From assembly GCA_964607415.1 (NCBI GenBank), contig CAZSKK010000003.1, positions 3,693 to 67,692 on the forward strand: a DNA stretch of 64,000 nt. The letters run 5' to 3'. A program made the translations under genes and the position numbers. The notes under the pieces are model-generated. The model ran no database searches, was not told the DNA's origin, and worked only from the letters and a program-made list of their open reading frames with translations. The DNA is from an uncultured Candidatus Saccharibacteria bacterium. Lineage in GTDB: Bacteria; Patescibacteriota; Dojkabacteria; J137. Shown piece by piece: positions 1 through 10,200 of the stretch (position 1 is the first letter of the stretch; each line of letters opens with the position of its first letter).

Positions 1-1
1 A

Positions 2-871
2 AATCAGGAAGAATTAAAATCTGACTTAAACAAACTTATAACCGAAGGCGGTTACAAATTAGTTGAAGAAGAATCCAATCTCTCTTTAAATTTAAACGAA
101 ACAATCTTTGCATTTGTTCTTTCTGCTTTTATTTTTGCAATATTTATTGCAATTCAAAAGCTTGGAATTGCCAATACAGTAAGTTCCGATAGCGAAAACT
201 ATAGCTTTGCATTTATTTTTAGTATTGGAGTAATTGCATCACTATCAACCTGCATGGCAGTTGTTGGCGGATTAGTTTTAAGTTTATCTGCAAAATACTC
301 AGAAGGACAAAAAACATTACCGCTTATACTTTTTCATATCTCTAGAGTTGTTGGATTTTTTTTACTTGGAGGAGTAATTGGTTTAATAGGATCAGCTTTT
401 GTGATTGGAGTTAATACAACGTTTGTTTTGAATTTAATCTTATTTTTAGTAATGGCAATTTTGGGAATAAGTCTAACTGGACTTTTCCCAACTATAGATA
501 AATTTCAGGTTAGATCACCAAAAGTTTTGGGTAAAAAAATTTTAGAACTGGAATCTGTAAATTCAAAAGCGCTTCCAGTGTTTTTAGGTACCTTAACATT
601 TTTTCTTCCATGTGGCTTTACCCAATCCATGCAAGTTTACTCTCTAACAACAGGAAGCTTTTTTGAAGGAGCAGTAACTATGTTAGTTTTTGCATTAGGA
701 ACTTTACCTGTTTTGAGTTTAATCAGCTTTGCATCTGTTAAGCTTTCAAAGGGATTACAATCAAAGTTATTTTATAAAACTGCAGGATTTTTAATCATCT
801 TCTTTGCGTTAATTAATCTTCATGGTGCCTTGGTTATAAAAGGAATTATTGAGCCACTGTTCACAATTTAG
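2..871 (+). CDS. DsbD_2 / TauE-SafE-like membrane protein, 5' partial (begins before the window)
   Basis: Frame is open from position 2; STCMAVVGGL and FFLPCGFTQSMQ motifs; several TM helices. Confidence 0.8.
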   Translation, partial: NQEELKSDLNKLITEGGYKLVEEESNLSLNLNETIFAFVLSAFIFAIFIAIQKLGIANTVSSDSENYSFAFIFSIGVIASLSTCMAVVGGLVLSLSAKYSEGQKTLPLILFHISRVVGFFLLGGVIGLIGSAFVIGVNTTFVLNLILFLVMAILGISLTGLFPTIDKFQVRSPKVLGKKILELESVNSKALPVFLGTLTFFLPCGFTQSMQVYSLTTGSFFEGAVTMLVFALGTLPVLSLISFASVKLSKGLQSKLFYKTAGFLIIFFALINLHGALVIKGIIEPLFTI

Positions 872-1087
872 CGTTTGAAGTAAGGCCATTCGATGAAGTA
901 ATAAATAAGTTGGATTCAAGAATGTTAGATCTGGAAGAAAAAGAAACTGAATAGATACTATGTACGCAGAGATTGGCGAGTTTTGATTTCATGCCTGGAG
1001 AAGTGCAAGACTTATTAAGTTTTTGTCAATTAATTCATCTCATACGCTTTACCATCCATAGGCTACTAGCTTATTATTTACAGTTTC

Positions 1088-1116
1088 TTGACAGTTCTCC
1101 TTTTCTGCATTACAAT
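1088..1116 (+). promoter_or_regulatory. sigma70-type promoter for the XRE pair
   Basis: TTGACA-17 bp-TACAAT, about 30 bp upstream of ATG 1148. Confidence 0.7.
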
Positions 1117-1147
1117 TCGTAGAATCCCCAACAAAAAGCACCACCAA

Positions 1148-1927
1148 ATGGAGGATCTTAGTTCAAAAACAGGAAAAAAGATTCGTTACTTTCGCGAGCG
1201 GGTAAACGAATCGCAGTTAAATATAGAAACAGCAATAAATGCTTCTCCCGGTACGCTTAGTAGAATTGAAAATGGTCAAACAAATCCTACCAAAGAAACA
1301 CTTCTTAAGATTTCAAGATATTTAAAGTTGAATAGGCTAGAAACAGCTTACCTACTGGGAGATACTGATAAACCAAGTTCAATAGAAGAGATTAATGAAG
1401 TTCGAGATAGATTAAAAGAATACTTTGGGAAAAAAGATGTAGTTGCGTATTTAACTGATGATCGCTATAGACTTGTTGCTGCCTCAAAGGGGATCCAGCA
1501 ACTGATGGACGTATCACCTGAACATTTGAAAAAACTCCTAGGTGAATCTTTAATAAAAATATTAATGGATGATTCTTTAGGTATAAAAAAATTTGTTGCA
1601 GACGACGAGTACAAAACAATTTTAAAAAATCTGATTTATCGATACTACGTTGAGGTTGGGTTTATGATCTGTGACGAAAAAAACCTTGAAACAATAGAAT
1701 TTATTTTGCATAATTCTGAAGCAAAAAAATATTGGGAAGAGTCGCACAAAGATTATCTAGAAAATAAAAGCATTTATACACTTGAATCTAGGAAAGTAAC
1801 TTTCAAATTTGGTTTTTTGACTGTTCCTATGTATTTTACCGTAGAACCTCTAACCTGGAATGAAAGGTTTCAAATGGTAGAGTATATGCCTACGAATTTG
1901 ATTATTCGATTGCTTCAGAAGCTATGA
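1148..1927 (+). CDS. XRE-family HTH regulator with MmyB-like (PAS-fold) ligand-binding domain, paralog 1
   Basis: GTLSRIENGQTNPTKETL HTH; C-terminal AYLTDDRYRLVAAS...YWEE pattern resembles MmyB; ATG 1148 preferred because TTG 1088 is the -35 box. Confidence 0.75.
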   Translation: MEDLSSKTGKKIRYFRERVNESQLNIETAINASPGTLSRIENGQTNPTKETLLKISRYLKLNRLETAYLLGDTDKPSSIEEINEVRDRLKEYFGKKDVVAYLTDDRYRLVAASKGIQQLMDVSPEHLKKLLGESLIKILMDDSLGIKKFVADDEYKTILKNLIYRYYVEVGFMICDEKNLETIEFILHNSEAKKYWEESHKDYLENKSIYTLESRKVTFKFGFLTVPMYFTVEPLTWNERFQMVEYMPTNLIIRLLQKL

Positions 1928-2694
1928 TGAATAAAACCGGAGAAAAAGTAAGATATTTTAGAGAGCGTTTAAAAGAGGCACAACTTGACATAGAACTTGC
2001 TATAAATGCAGCGCCAGGTACACTTAGCAGAATTGAGAATGGGCAAACTAATCCCACTAAGGAAACCCTTCTAAAAATTGTTAAATACTTAAAGCTTAAT
2101 AAGTACGAAACAAGCTATCTACTTGGAGAAACAGATGAACCTGTTAATCAGCTAGAAATTGAAAATGCTCAGAAGAAATTACAAGATTATTTGGATAAAA
2201 AAGGAGTACTTGCCTATGTTAAAGATGACAGAGCAAGACTGATAACACTTTCAAAAGATTTTAAACGCCTAATGAACGTTTCTGAAGACAAAATGCATAA
2301 TATGATTGGAGTTTCTTTAGTAAAAGTGGTCCTTGATGATTCTTTAGGAATAAAAAGATCACTGGATGAAGATGGATATGCAGATCTATTGGAAGGAATG
2401 ATATACAGATACTATTTTGAAGTAGGATTTATGGTAACAGATTATTTTAATATAGCTACGAAAGAGCTCATTTTTAATAGTCCACTTGCTAAAAAATTTT
2501 GGGATCAGGCTGAGGAAAAATATTTAAGTGGAAATGAACTTTATACTTTGGACTCCAGAAAAGTAACTTTTAAATTTGGCTCATTTAAAGTTCCCATGTT
2601 TTATACAGTTGAGCCTGTAATGTGGGACGACCGGTTTCAGATTATTGAGTATACTCCTACAAATTCGATTGTTAGATTACTTCAGAAGCTGTAG
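1924..2694 (+). CDS. XRE/MmyB-like regulator, paralog 2
   Basis: Colinear with paralog 1 over its full length (same HTH, SRKVTFKFG, RLLQKL end); ATGA overlap. Confidence 0.75.
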   Translation: MMNKTGEKVRYFRERLKEAQLDIELAINAAPGTLSRIENGQTNPTKETLLKIVKYLKLNKYETSYLLGETDEPVNQLEIENAQKKLQDYLDKKGVLAYVKDDRARLITLSKDFKRLMNVSEDKMHNMIGVSLVKVVLDDSLGIKRSLDEDGYADLLEGMIYRYYFEVGFMVTDYFNIATKELIFNSPLAKKFWDQAEEKYLSGNELYTLDSRKVTFKFGSFKVPMFYTVEPVMWDDRFQIIEYTPTNSIVRLLQKL

Positions 2695-3424
2695 CTGATT
2701 TGTTTAATTTATACTCCACAACCACAAACCTTGGATCATTTGGAATATTTGTCCATGTATATGTAAATTCAAACTTTTTTACTAACAGATCAAACTCAAC
2801 AATTCTCCTTTCTTCTTCCAGAAGATTAATAGCTTCGTCAGGCAAGCTGTCCCACAATCTTTGAAAATCGGGCTGTTTTTTTAATCTTTCAATTAACTCC
2901 TTCCACCAGCTTTCATCAATCAAATAATCTCTTTCCTGCTTAAGAACAGCAATAACACTTGTTGCCACATTATCAAAATCTTTTATAAACTTTCTAAGAC
3001 CTAAACTGGGATCAAAAACAACTTCTGCAACTTGACTATTATAAATTTTCGAGAGATCCAGCCTTGCAAGTTTCGCTATAATCTTAAATCCATCACTAAT
3101 TTCCAGTATTATAGATTTATTATCCAGAAGGTAAGCAAATACCGTTTTCTTTTTGAAATGCGCCCTCAAAGAATTAATCATATTTTCAACTTCTTCCGGA
3201 GTTGGATCACTATGGTTAACATCTAGAAGATATGCCACTTCTGCTTGCGATAATTTTAAAAAGTTAGCAACTTTTACTATTGTCTCTTTAGTAGGATTTA
3301 CCAGATCATTCTCAATTCTGCTAACACTTCCTGCTGAAAGACCAAGCGCCATTTCAAGGTCGAATTGGCTAATACAATTCTTGTTTCTAAAGAATTTCAT
3401 TTTTTGTCCAAGGGATTTTGACAT
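2672..3424 (-). CDS. XRE/MmyB-like regulator, paralog 3 (convergent)
   Basis: GSVSRIENDLVNPTKET HTH; AYLLDNKS, PDFQRLWD, DPRFVVVEY. Confidence 0.75.
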   Translation of the reverse strand: MSKSLGQKMKFFRNKNCISQFDLEMALGLSAGSVSRIENDLVNPTKETIVKVANFLKLSQAEVAYLLDVNHSDPTPEEVENMINSLRAHFKKKTVFAYLLDNKSIILEISDGFKIIAKLARLDLSKIYNSQVAEVVFDPSLGLRKFIKDFDNVATSVIAVLKQERDYLIDESWWKELIERLKKQPDFQRLWDSLPDEAINLLEEERRIVEFDLLVKKFEFTYTWTNIPNDPRFVVVEYKLNKSATASEVI

Positions 3425-3528
3425 ATCGTGCTCAAGGATTAGGAAATAATATACTAATTTGCATGTATTGTAAATACCAGTAATATCTTAAATAATAATA
3501 AAAACTCCTAGGTATTTGCCCAAGAGAT

Positions 3529-3558
3529 TTGACAAGTTATAAAAAGTTAGAGTATAAT
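3529..3558 (+). promoter_or_regulatory. sigma70-type promoter for the GNAT-like gene
   Basis: TTGACA-18 bp-TATAAT upstream of ATG 3580. Confidence 0.65.
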
Positions 3559-3579
3559 AGTTATATATTGTTAAAAGAT

Positions 3580-4659
3580 ATGACCCCAACAGATGAAGCT
3601 ATAGTTGAAACGACACCGGATGTTAAAAGCATTCCAGAAGCGCAACCTTCTGCTATTTTATTGTTGATTAGACTACTTACAGATAAAGCTAGTAGTCCGG
3701 ATGGTTCAGATCTGAGAGATGAATTGGCAAGTCTTATGTTTAACATAATGAATAATAATAGCTATGGGCCACAACTAGCCGAAAAACTTGATACACAGAT
3801 CGAAGAACTATACCCATCCTTAAATGTAAGATTGAATGGTCTTGCCGGTAAATATAATTTGGAAACGCTTAACTATAACGGAGATTCGCAAGCGCTAAAT
3901 ATTGCTCAAGATATAATAGAGCAAGGATATAGAAGGCATAAGAGCAAAGACAATAAAAACCAAGGGACATCAAGCGAAGAAGACAAAAATTACAGACCAA
4001 CTATTCCTAGGGTTAAAGGGATTCGTACTGGTTTACTAATGGCTAACCCTAACGAAACAGAAGTGCACCCTAACATTCCTCGTGCAATAATAGGTGTCGG
4101 CATACCGTCAGATTTAAACGATCCAACTTGTAAGCTTGAGGTCGATTACTTTATGAGTAATCCAGAGATAAGCGAAGCTGGGGTCATACAGTGGCTAAGA
4201 ACTAAAGAAGGATTTGAAAATGCTAAGGTCGCTAGTCTTGGTCCTTTCGTAATGGTTGAAGAGATACAGGATGATGGGAAAATAAAATCTGGGTTTAATA
4301 ATCCTAAACATTTAAGATATGCATTCAACTTATTTTCAGGTGTGAGAGGCCTATTAATGGATAAAGCGGGCGTCGATACTATTACTATGATTGCTAGTCC
4401 TAAATTAATTGAACGACTAAACCAATTTGGATTTAACTTTCTTGAATCACCTTTTACCGTATCTCCAGAGAAAATTTCCCCAGAAGGTATTCCTGTTTCA
4501 GAAATAATGAGAAAGTATCCAAGATACTGGAATCCGGATAATGCAGATAAACAACCAAAGCTTTACTATGCAAAATTAGAAGACTTAGCTAAAGCACTTC
4601 CGCATTTAGAACAGATGGTTTCATTTATTGAACAAGCCGGAAATAAGTCAGAAGCATAG
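3580..4659 (+). CDS. putative GNAT-fold acyltransferase (thermostable hemolysin / FeeM / LuxI-like superfamily)
   Basis: Motif order IIEQGYRRH, RAIIGV, KLEVDYFM, KVASLGPF, AGVDTITMIASPKLIERLNQFGFNF, RYW..QPKLY parallels the thermostable-hemolysin family pattern; recognised by eye only. Confidence 0.45.
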   Translation: MTPTDEAIVETTPDVKSIPEAQPSAILLLIRLLTDKASSPDGSDLRDELASLMFNIMNNNSYGPQLAEKLDTQIEELYPSLNVRLNGLAGKYNLETLNYNGDSQALNIAQDIIEQGYRRHKSKDNKNQGTSSEEDKNYRPTIPRVKGIRTGLLMANPNETEVHPNIPRAIIGVGIPSDLNDPTCKLEVDYFMSNPEISEAGVIQWLRTKEGFENAKVASLGPFVMVEEIQDDGKIKSGFNNPKHLRYAFNLFSGVRGLLMDKAGVDTITMIASPKLIERLNQFGFNFLESPFTVSPEKISPEGIPVSEIMRKYPRYWNPDNADKQPKLYYAKLEDLAKALPHLEQMVSFIEQAGNKSEA

Positions 4660-4728
4660 CATTATCCACAGTTACATTTTTCTTCTATTATCTGTATAAT
4701 TCATCATAGAATTGTTATTAACACCTAA

Positions 4729-7008
4729 ATGAGTGAATTTTTATATTACATCTACCTTTTTGTTCTAATTTTTGCTTCAGTGCTCGCCTTTTTAGTCATT
4801 TCACATAACTACAAAAAGCTCTATAATCAAATCTTTTTTGGGATGTTAATCACATTGTCCTTATGGATTGTATCACTATATTTTTTACAAAAAGAAAAAC
4901 ATCCCGATGCCTCTTTGATTTTCGGCAGAATGGGCTTTTTGTTACCGGCAGCATTTATCTTGTTATTCTTTATGTTTATTATTGTTTTTCCTAAAAGGTA
5001 TAAGATTCCAAGCAAAATTGAAATTTTTGTGTTTGGAGGAATACTTATGCTTAACTCAGTTTTATCATTATCTCCATGGATCATTGAATCTGTAGAAATT
5101 AGTGAAAGATTGCCAGTTCCTAATTACGGACAATTTTATCCTATTTATGGGATTTCAATTGTTATATCGATTATATATATTTTTTACATATTTATTAGGA
5201 AACTTATACTTACAAGTGGCTACGAAAGATCAATTCTCAAAGTAATAACTTATGGTTTTAGTATTTCAATATTTATTACTGTCGGAACAAACCTCATATT
5301 GGCAAATATTTTAGAAAATAGAATATCTTCAGCACTTGCTCCACTGAATATGATACCTTTACTTTTATTTGTATTGTACGCAATACTAAAATATAGGTTT
5401 CTTGATATTAGGGTAGTAATAAGTAGAGTTATATACTTCATAATAGTCGGAGGATTTGCATATGTTACGTTTTATGGGCTTATATTGTTTTACACGTATG
5501 TAATAGAAGGAATTTTTACACCCACTGCTTTTTTACTGGGCATATTTAACGCAATTGTTTTCACATCAGCATATGATCTTCTAAATAAATACATAAAGAA
5601 AAATATAAATCCAAGAATTGTTAATCCTCAATTCAACCCTGACGAAGAAACTGCAAGCTTCAATAATATGATTAGTCAGATTTTAAATATTGAGGAAATA
5701 CTAAATATCTCTACAGGGTTTCTTCTTAAAGTTTTAGATGTAAAAAATATAGTACTTTACATTATTAGCAGAGATGAGATCTTGATTAGATCTGGCAAAG
5801 AAGATCTTATGCCCAAAGAAACAATCCAGGCAATTTATCAAACTCTTATAAGCACTGACAAAACAGAATTCATTACTGATGAAATTGAACTTTATGAAGA
5901 CAAAGATTTTGGTAAATTTAAAAACGAGATTAAAACTATCTATTCTATAAGTAAAGCAAATAGAGTCAAAATGATTGCAAAGCTTAAATCTCTAAATAAC
6001 CAATCGGGGGCATTTTTCTTAATTGATAAAGATAACGGGATACTAAATACAACTAAAATTAAATTTATCCATGGTATTTTAGACCTTATTTCTCTCTCTC
6101 TCGGAAGAGCATTTTTATATAAGGAAGTCCAAACGTTCAATTCAACTCTTCAACAAAAAATCGATCAGGCAACTCTTGAACTTACCTCCAAAAATCAACA
6201 ACTAGAGGAAGCTTTGCGTAAAGAAAGAGATATGCTTGATATCTTAGGTCATGAACTTAGAACTCCACTTAGTACCTCCCGAAACTCATTAGATATAATT
6301 GATATCTATAAAAAACAAGGAAAACTTGATGAAGCTAAATTAAACCATCATCTAGATATTGCAAAAGAAAATCTTACCCGAGAGATTAAAATACTTGAAA
6401 CAATTCTTTCTTCTTCAAGAATTGACAACAGTAGATTGCAACTTAACTATGAAGAAGTTGATGCCAACGATGTAGTTGAAGATTCAATATCATCATATAA
6501 AGAACAAGCAGAGAAAAAAGGACTCATATTAAAAACCATACTTCCAAACGATAGAGTCTATTGTTATGGTGATAGAGCTGCTACTCAACAAATTATTGAT
6601 AACCTTGTAAGTAACGCCATCAAATATACACAAAAAGGAGCTGTTACAGTTGAACTAAAACTAGAAGCAGAGACCGTTGTATTCACTGTGAGTGATACAG
6701 GAGAGGGAATTCCAGCAGAAGAAATTCCAAACCTAGGTAAAAAGTTTTATAGAATAAATCCATACCTTAAATCAGAAGGGAAAATTGGTGGCAGACAAAT
6801 TGTAAGGCCAGGTGGCACGGGAATTGGTCTATATGTTGTTTTTAAATTAACAGGTATGATGAACGGTACAGTAAATGTGTCTAGTGAGGTAGGAAAGGGT
6901 AGTGCCTTTACTATAAAGCTTCCAAGATTTAACCCTCAAATCCACGAAATTAAAAAGATTGTGGAAGAACAACAACAACCTGTAAAAGCTGAAGCGTTGG
7001 TTGTTTAA
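4729..7008 (+). CDS. membrane sensor histidine kinase with N-terminal 7TM-type region and degenerate GAF-like linker
   Basis: About 9 TM segments; H-box GHELRTPL, N-box NLVSNAIKYT, G1 DTGEGI, G2 GTGIGL. Confidence 0.9.
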   Translation: MSEFLYYIYLFVLIFASVLAFLVISHNYKKLYNQIFFGMLITLSLWIVSLYFLQKEKHPDASLIFGRMGFLLPAAFILLFFMFIIVFPKRYKIPSKIEIFVFGGILMLNSVLSLSPWIIESVEISERLPVPNYGQFYPIYGISIVISIIYIFYIFIRKLILTSGYERSILKVITYGFSISIFITVGTNLILANILENRISSALAPLNMIPLLLFVLYAILKYRFLDIRVVISRVIYFIIVGGFAYVTFYGLILFYTYVIEGIFTPTAFLLGIFNAIVFTSAYDLLNKYIKKNINPRIVNPQFNPDEETASFNNMISQILNIEEILNISTGFLLKVLDVKNIVLYIISRDEILIRSGKEDLMPKETIQAIYQTLISTDKTEFITDEIELYEDKDFGKFKNEIKTIYSISKANRVKMIAKLKSLNNQSGAFFLIDKDNGILNTTKIKFIHGILDLISLSLGRAFLYKEVQTFNSTLQQKIDQATLELTSKNQQLEEALRKERDMLDILGHELRTPLSTSRNSLDIIDIYKKQGKLDEAKLNHHLDIAKENLTREIKILETILSSSRIDNSRLQLNYEEVDANDVVEDSISSYKEQAEKKGLILKTILPNDRVYCYGDRAATQQIIDNLVSNAIKYTQKGAVTVELKLEAETVVFTVSDTGEGIPAEEIPNLGKKFYRINPYLKSEGKIGGRQIVRPGGTGIGLYVVFKLTGMMNGTVNVSSEVGKGSAFTIKLPRFNPQIHEIKKIVEEQQQPVKAEALVV

Positions 7009-7030
7009 AAAAAGCTTATTATTATTAAAA

Positions 7031-7106
7031 CCTATCCCGATCCTTGATCCTCTCGGATCACCCTCTCCTAAAGGAAAGGAAATGAACGCAGTGAGCAGGG
7101 TGGTGG
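7031..7106. repeat. palindromic CCCTCTCC...GGAGAGGG-type dispersed repeat (degenerate)
   Basis: cccgatcc...ggatcaccctctcctaaaggaaagg...gggtggtgg; related to copies at 30992, 43307, 48377. Confidence 0.55.
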
Positions 7107-7123
7107 AAAACTTCTATTTTCTT

Positions 7124-7152
7124 TCAAAATTTGTATTGCAATACAATGCGGC
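7124..7152 (+). promoter_or_regulatory. conserved palindromic operator/promoter element, copy 1
   Basis: TCAAAAT-TTGTATTGCAATACAA-TGCGGC; perfect 16-bp palindrome at 7131-7146. Confidence 0.7.
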
Positions 7153-7201
7153 GAAAAATTTTTTACGCTATGATCAGTTATTTATTGATCATTTACCTCA
7201 T

Positions 7202-10200
7202 ATGAAGGGCCTTCTCAAAACCACACTAGTTTGGATAAGTATCTATTTAATTCTTTCACCGCTACTCTTAATAAAGCCATCGATAGCTGAAACACTTCAA
7301 AATATTGAAGTTTGCTTCATAGCCTTGGACATCAATAATCAAATTAAACAAAACCTACCTTCAGATACCAATGTGCAAATTGATTTTTATGACAATGTTC
7401 ATTTGCAAGAAAACACAATAAATACCTTATCTGGCAACTTTGCAACAGTTAGTTATACACAAGCATCACCTGCAAATCGAGATTTAATAGGAAATGATGG
7501 AATTTACGATGGCTACTGCGAAACCAGACAGTTTACAGTTGATGCTACAACTGAGTACGCATACACTCAGGCCCGAATATTTTCGCCAAATGATATTTCA
7601 GTTGTTGGATATAATGACCAGTTTGATATACAAGTCCAATCGATAGCAGACGTTTTTACTTATTCTAATGAATTTTTTGATGACATTATTGGAAACGAAT
7701 CAGCAAGAAACATAAACTCGGATGGACATATTATTATGGACGTCAATCGTGAATATAGACATTTAATCACAATTCTTAAAGATAATACACCAATAATCAC
7801 AAACCAACCCCCACAAATCTACCTGAGTTTAAATGGTGAGGCAGAGTATACAAATAATGCAGTTGTACAAACTGACTTGAATATAGCTACAACAAATGTA
7901 ATTCAGAATATCAGGTTTGGACCGAGTGAAGTAAGCATAGCTTCTTTAAACTGGGCCAACTATTCTGATTTTAATGGTGAATATATTTTACCTGGAAGCG
8001 ATTCAACCGGAAATAAAAGGCTTTGTATACAAGTTAAAGATAGTTTAAATCAAGATTCTAATATAGCCTGCGACGAAATAATTTTTGATAATCTACCTCC
8101 AATAGGCAGTATTTTTATAAATAATGATGAAATAGAAACTAGTAATACAAATTTAAACTTGAGCTTAAACGCTATCGATCCAATTTTAGAAGATGATCAA
8201 AATGGAATTGGGGGAATTCAAATGAGATTTTCTGAAGACAATTCGAATTGGTCAGTATGGGAACCTTACTTAGCAACAAAAACTTTCCAAACAACGACTA
8301 ATAATGGACAAGCTTTCGTATTTGTTCAATTTCAAGATTCTTTAGGGAATGTTTCAATATCCTATAGTGATAACATCTTAGTAGATCCAAATTCAACTAT
8401 TGGAACATTAAGAATAAATAATGATGACGCATACACAAATACTAGTTTAGTAAATCTAACTCTTAATAAAATTGGTAATCGAACTCCTTTGTATGTAAGA
8501 TTTATTCAAACTTCTAACGGTCAAGTTCCTTCTAACCCTCCCAATGTTTACAATCCAACTGATAATTTAGGTGGTTGGACATATTGGCAAAACTATTCTG
8601 AAAATAAACAGTGGGATCATGATCATCCCGAAGCAGGAACTGGTACAGATGGATATGGTAAAAAAAGTATTTATGCTCAGTACATGTGGAGCGATAATAC
8701 TGTTACAGAAATTTTTCGAGATAGCATTATCTATGCACCTTACTATGCAATAGAGTATAGGAGTGTAGATCATTCTGAACTTATAACTGAGCCTCAAAAT
8801 TCTACTCCTGATTTCAGTTACGAACCATTTTTTCCGGAATACACTCTGAATAATATCCCAACAAGCTTAAATACTCAGGAAGAAGTTATTATTAAATTAA
8901 ATACAAAAAATAACGGAACTTTTTCTTGGCAGCCAAATATTGTAAATATAACAAATTTTTGGGAGGTAATAAATATTGCCCCAGAATTTCAGTCCTTAGT
9001 TCAATCTTCAACCAGAGGCAACAATGCAACACCTGCGAGTATAATTAACTATAACCAGGAAACTGGAACTTTGAGCTTAACAGTTAAAGCCCCAAGTTAT
9101 CCTGGAACTTACAAGTTAAAACTAGATGCAATTCACGAAGGTGTAGCTCAATTTTCACAGTTTAATAATCCTTCGCCTGGTTTTGAAATAACCGTAACCA
9201 CGAATCCTAATACTCCACAACCTGGAAGTGACGAAGAACCTGATACAGATTTTACCGGCTACTATCCCTCCAATCCATACTCTGGTCAGTTGCATGTAAT
9301 TACTGGTTATGTCAGGTACGCGCCGCCTAACCAATATAATGCACCCTACATGATTGTAGAAGCTGATGGTAGTAGTGCTTATTGGTATATAAATCAGTAT
9401 GATATTGGTCAGTATCTAAATCAAGTGATAAGTGTACCAATTGTAATAGACAATCCTAGCATATTATCTTATTACGTAATCGGCTGGGACGCCATTCCGA
9501 TAAGTTACCCATCTAGTCTTACGTTAAGACCAGGGGATACCATCCCAATTGAAATAAGATATCAAAATGCCGGATACCATATATGGCCGATAGGTACAAC
9601 CAGGCTTGGAGTAACACAATCTGCCAACGGAACGTCTCTTTTTTACGATGGTAGTTGGTTAAGCGATGGAAGAATAAACATGGCTAATAATAATCAGGTT
9701 CGATATGGTGATGTGGCAAGTTTTAGATTTAATATTCATGCTCCAACTAATATCGCAGTTGGGTCCTATAGACAGTGTTTTGAACCATTAGTTGAGATGG
9801 TTACATGGATCGGAGGAAGTGGGAGAGATGTTTGTATAAATATTACAGTTACAAATCAGCCAACTCCTCCAGTAAACAATATTCCGCCAATTTCACCAAC
9901 ACCATCTGGCGATACTGGCTATGTTGTAAGGTACGCGTGCCTAGATGTTCTAGCAGGGCCTCAAGCGGGATTTCCTGTTGTTGTTCATATTAATTACGGT
10001 GATGCAGTTACAGTAATTGGGGAGGCTACGGTTGGAGCAACTGATTGGCTACAAATTAGAACTGGTAGTGGTGTTGAAGGCTGGGTTCCAAGAAGTTCAA
10101 TTGATCATGTAAATGATCCTGCTAATATTTCATTTAATCTTAATAATACTTATATTGCGTCTTATGTTTGTGGAAGTTCGTTAACAGTTTATAGTGGTCC

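Noticed and set aside
871-1068. Coding-like stretch after the first gene (AFEVRPFDEVINKLDSRML...)
   Set aside because: Short, interrupted by a stop and with no recognisable homology; cannot support a pseudogene call
7001-7201. N-terminal extension of the 2209-aa ORF from TTG 7001
   Set aside because: It crosses a palindromic repeat and the operator; the signal peptide begins at ATG 7202
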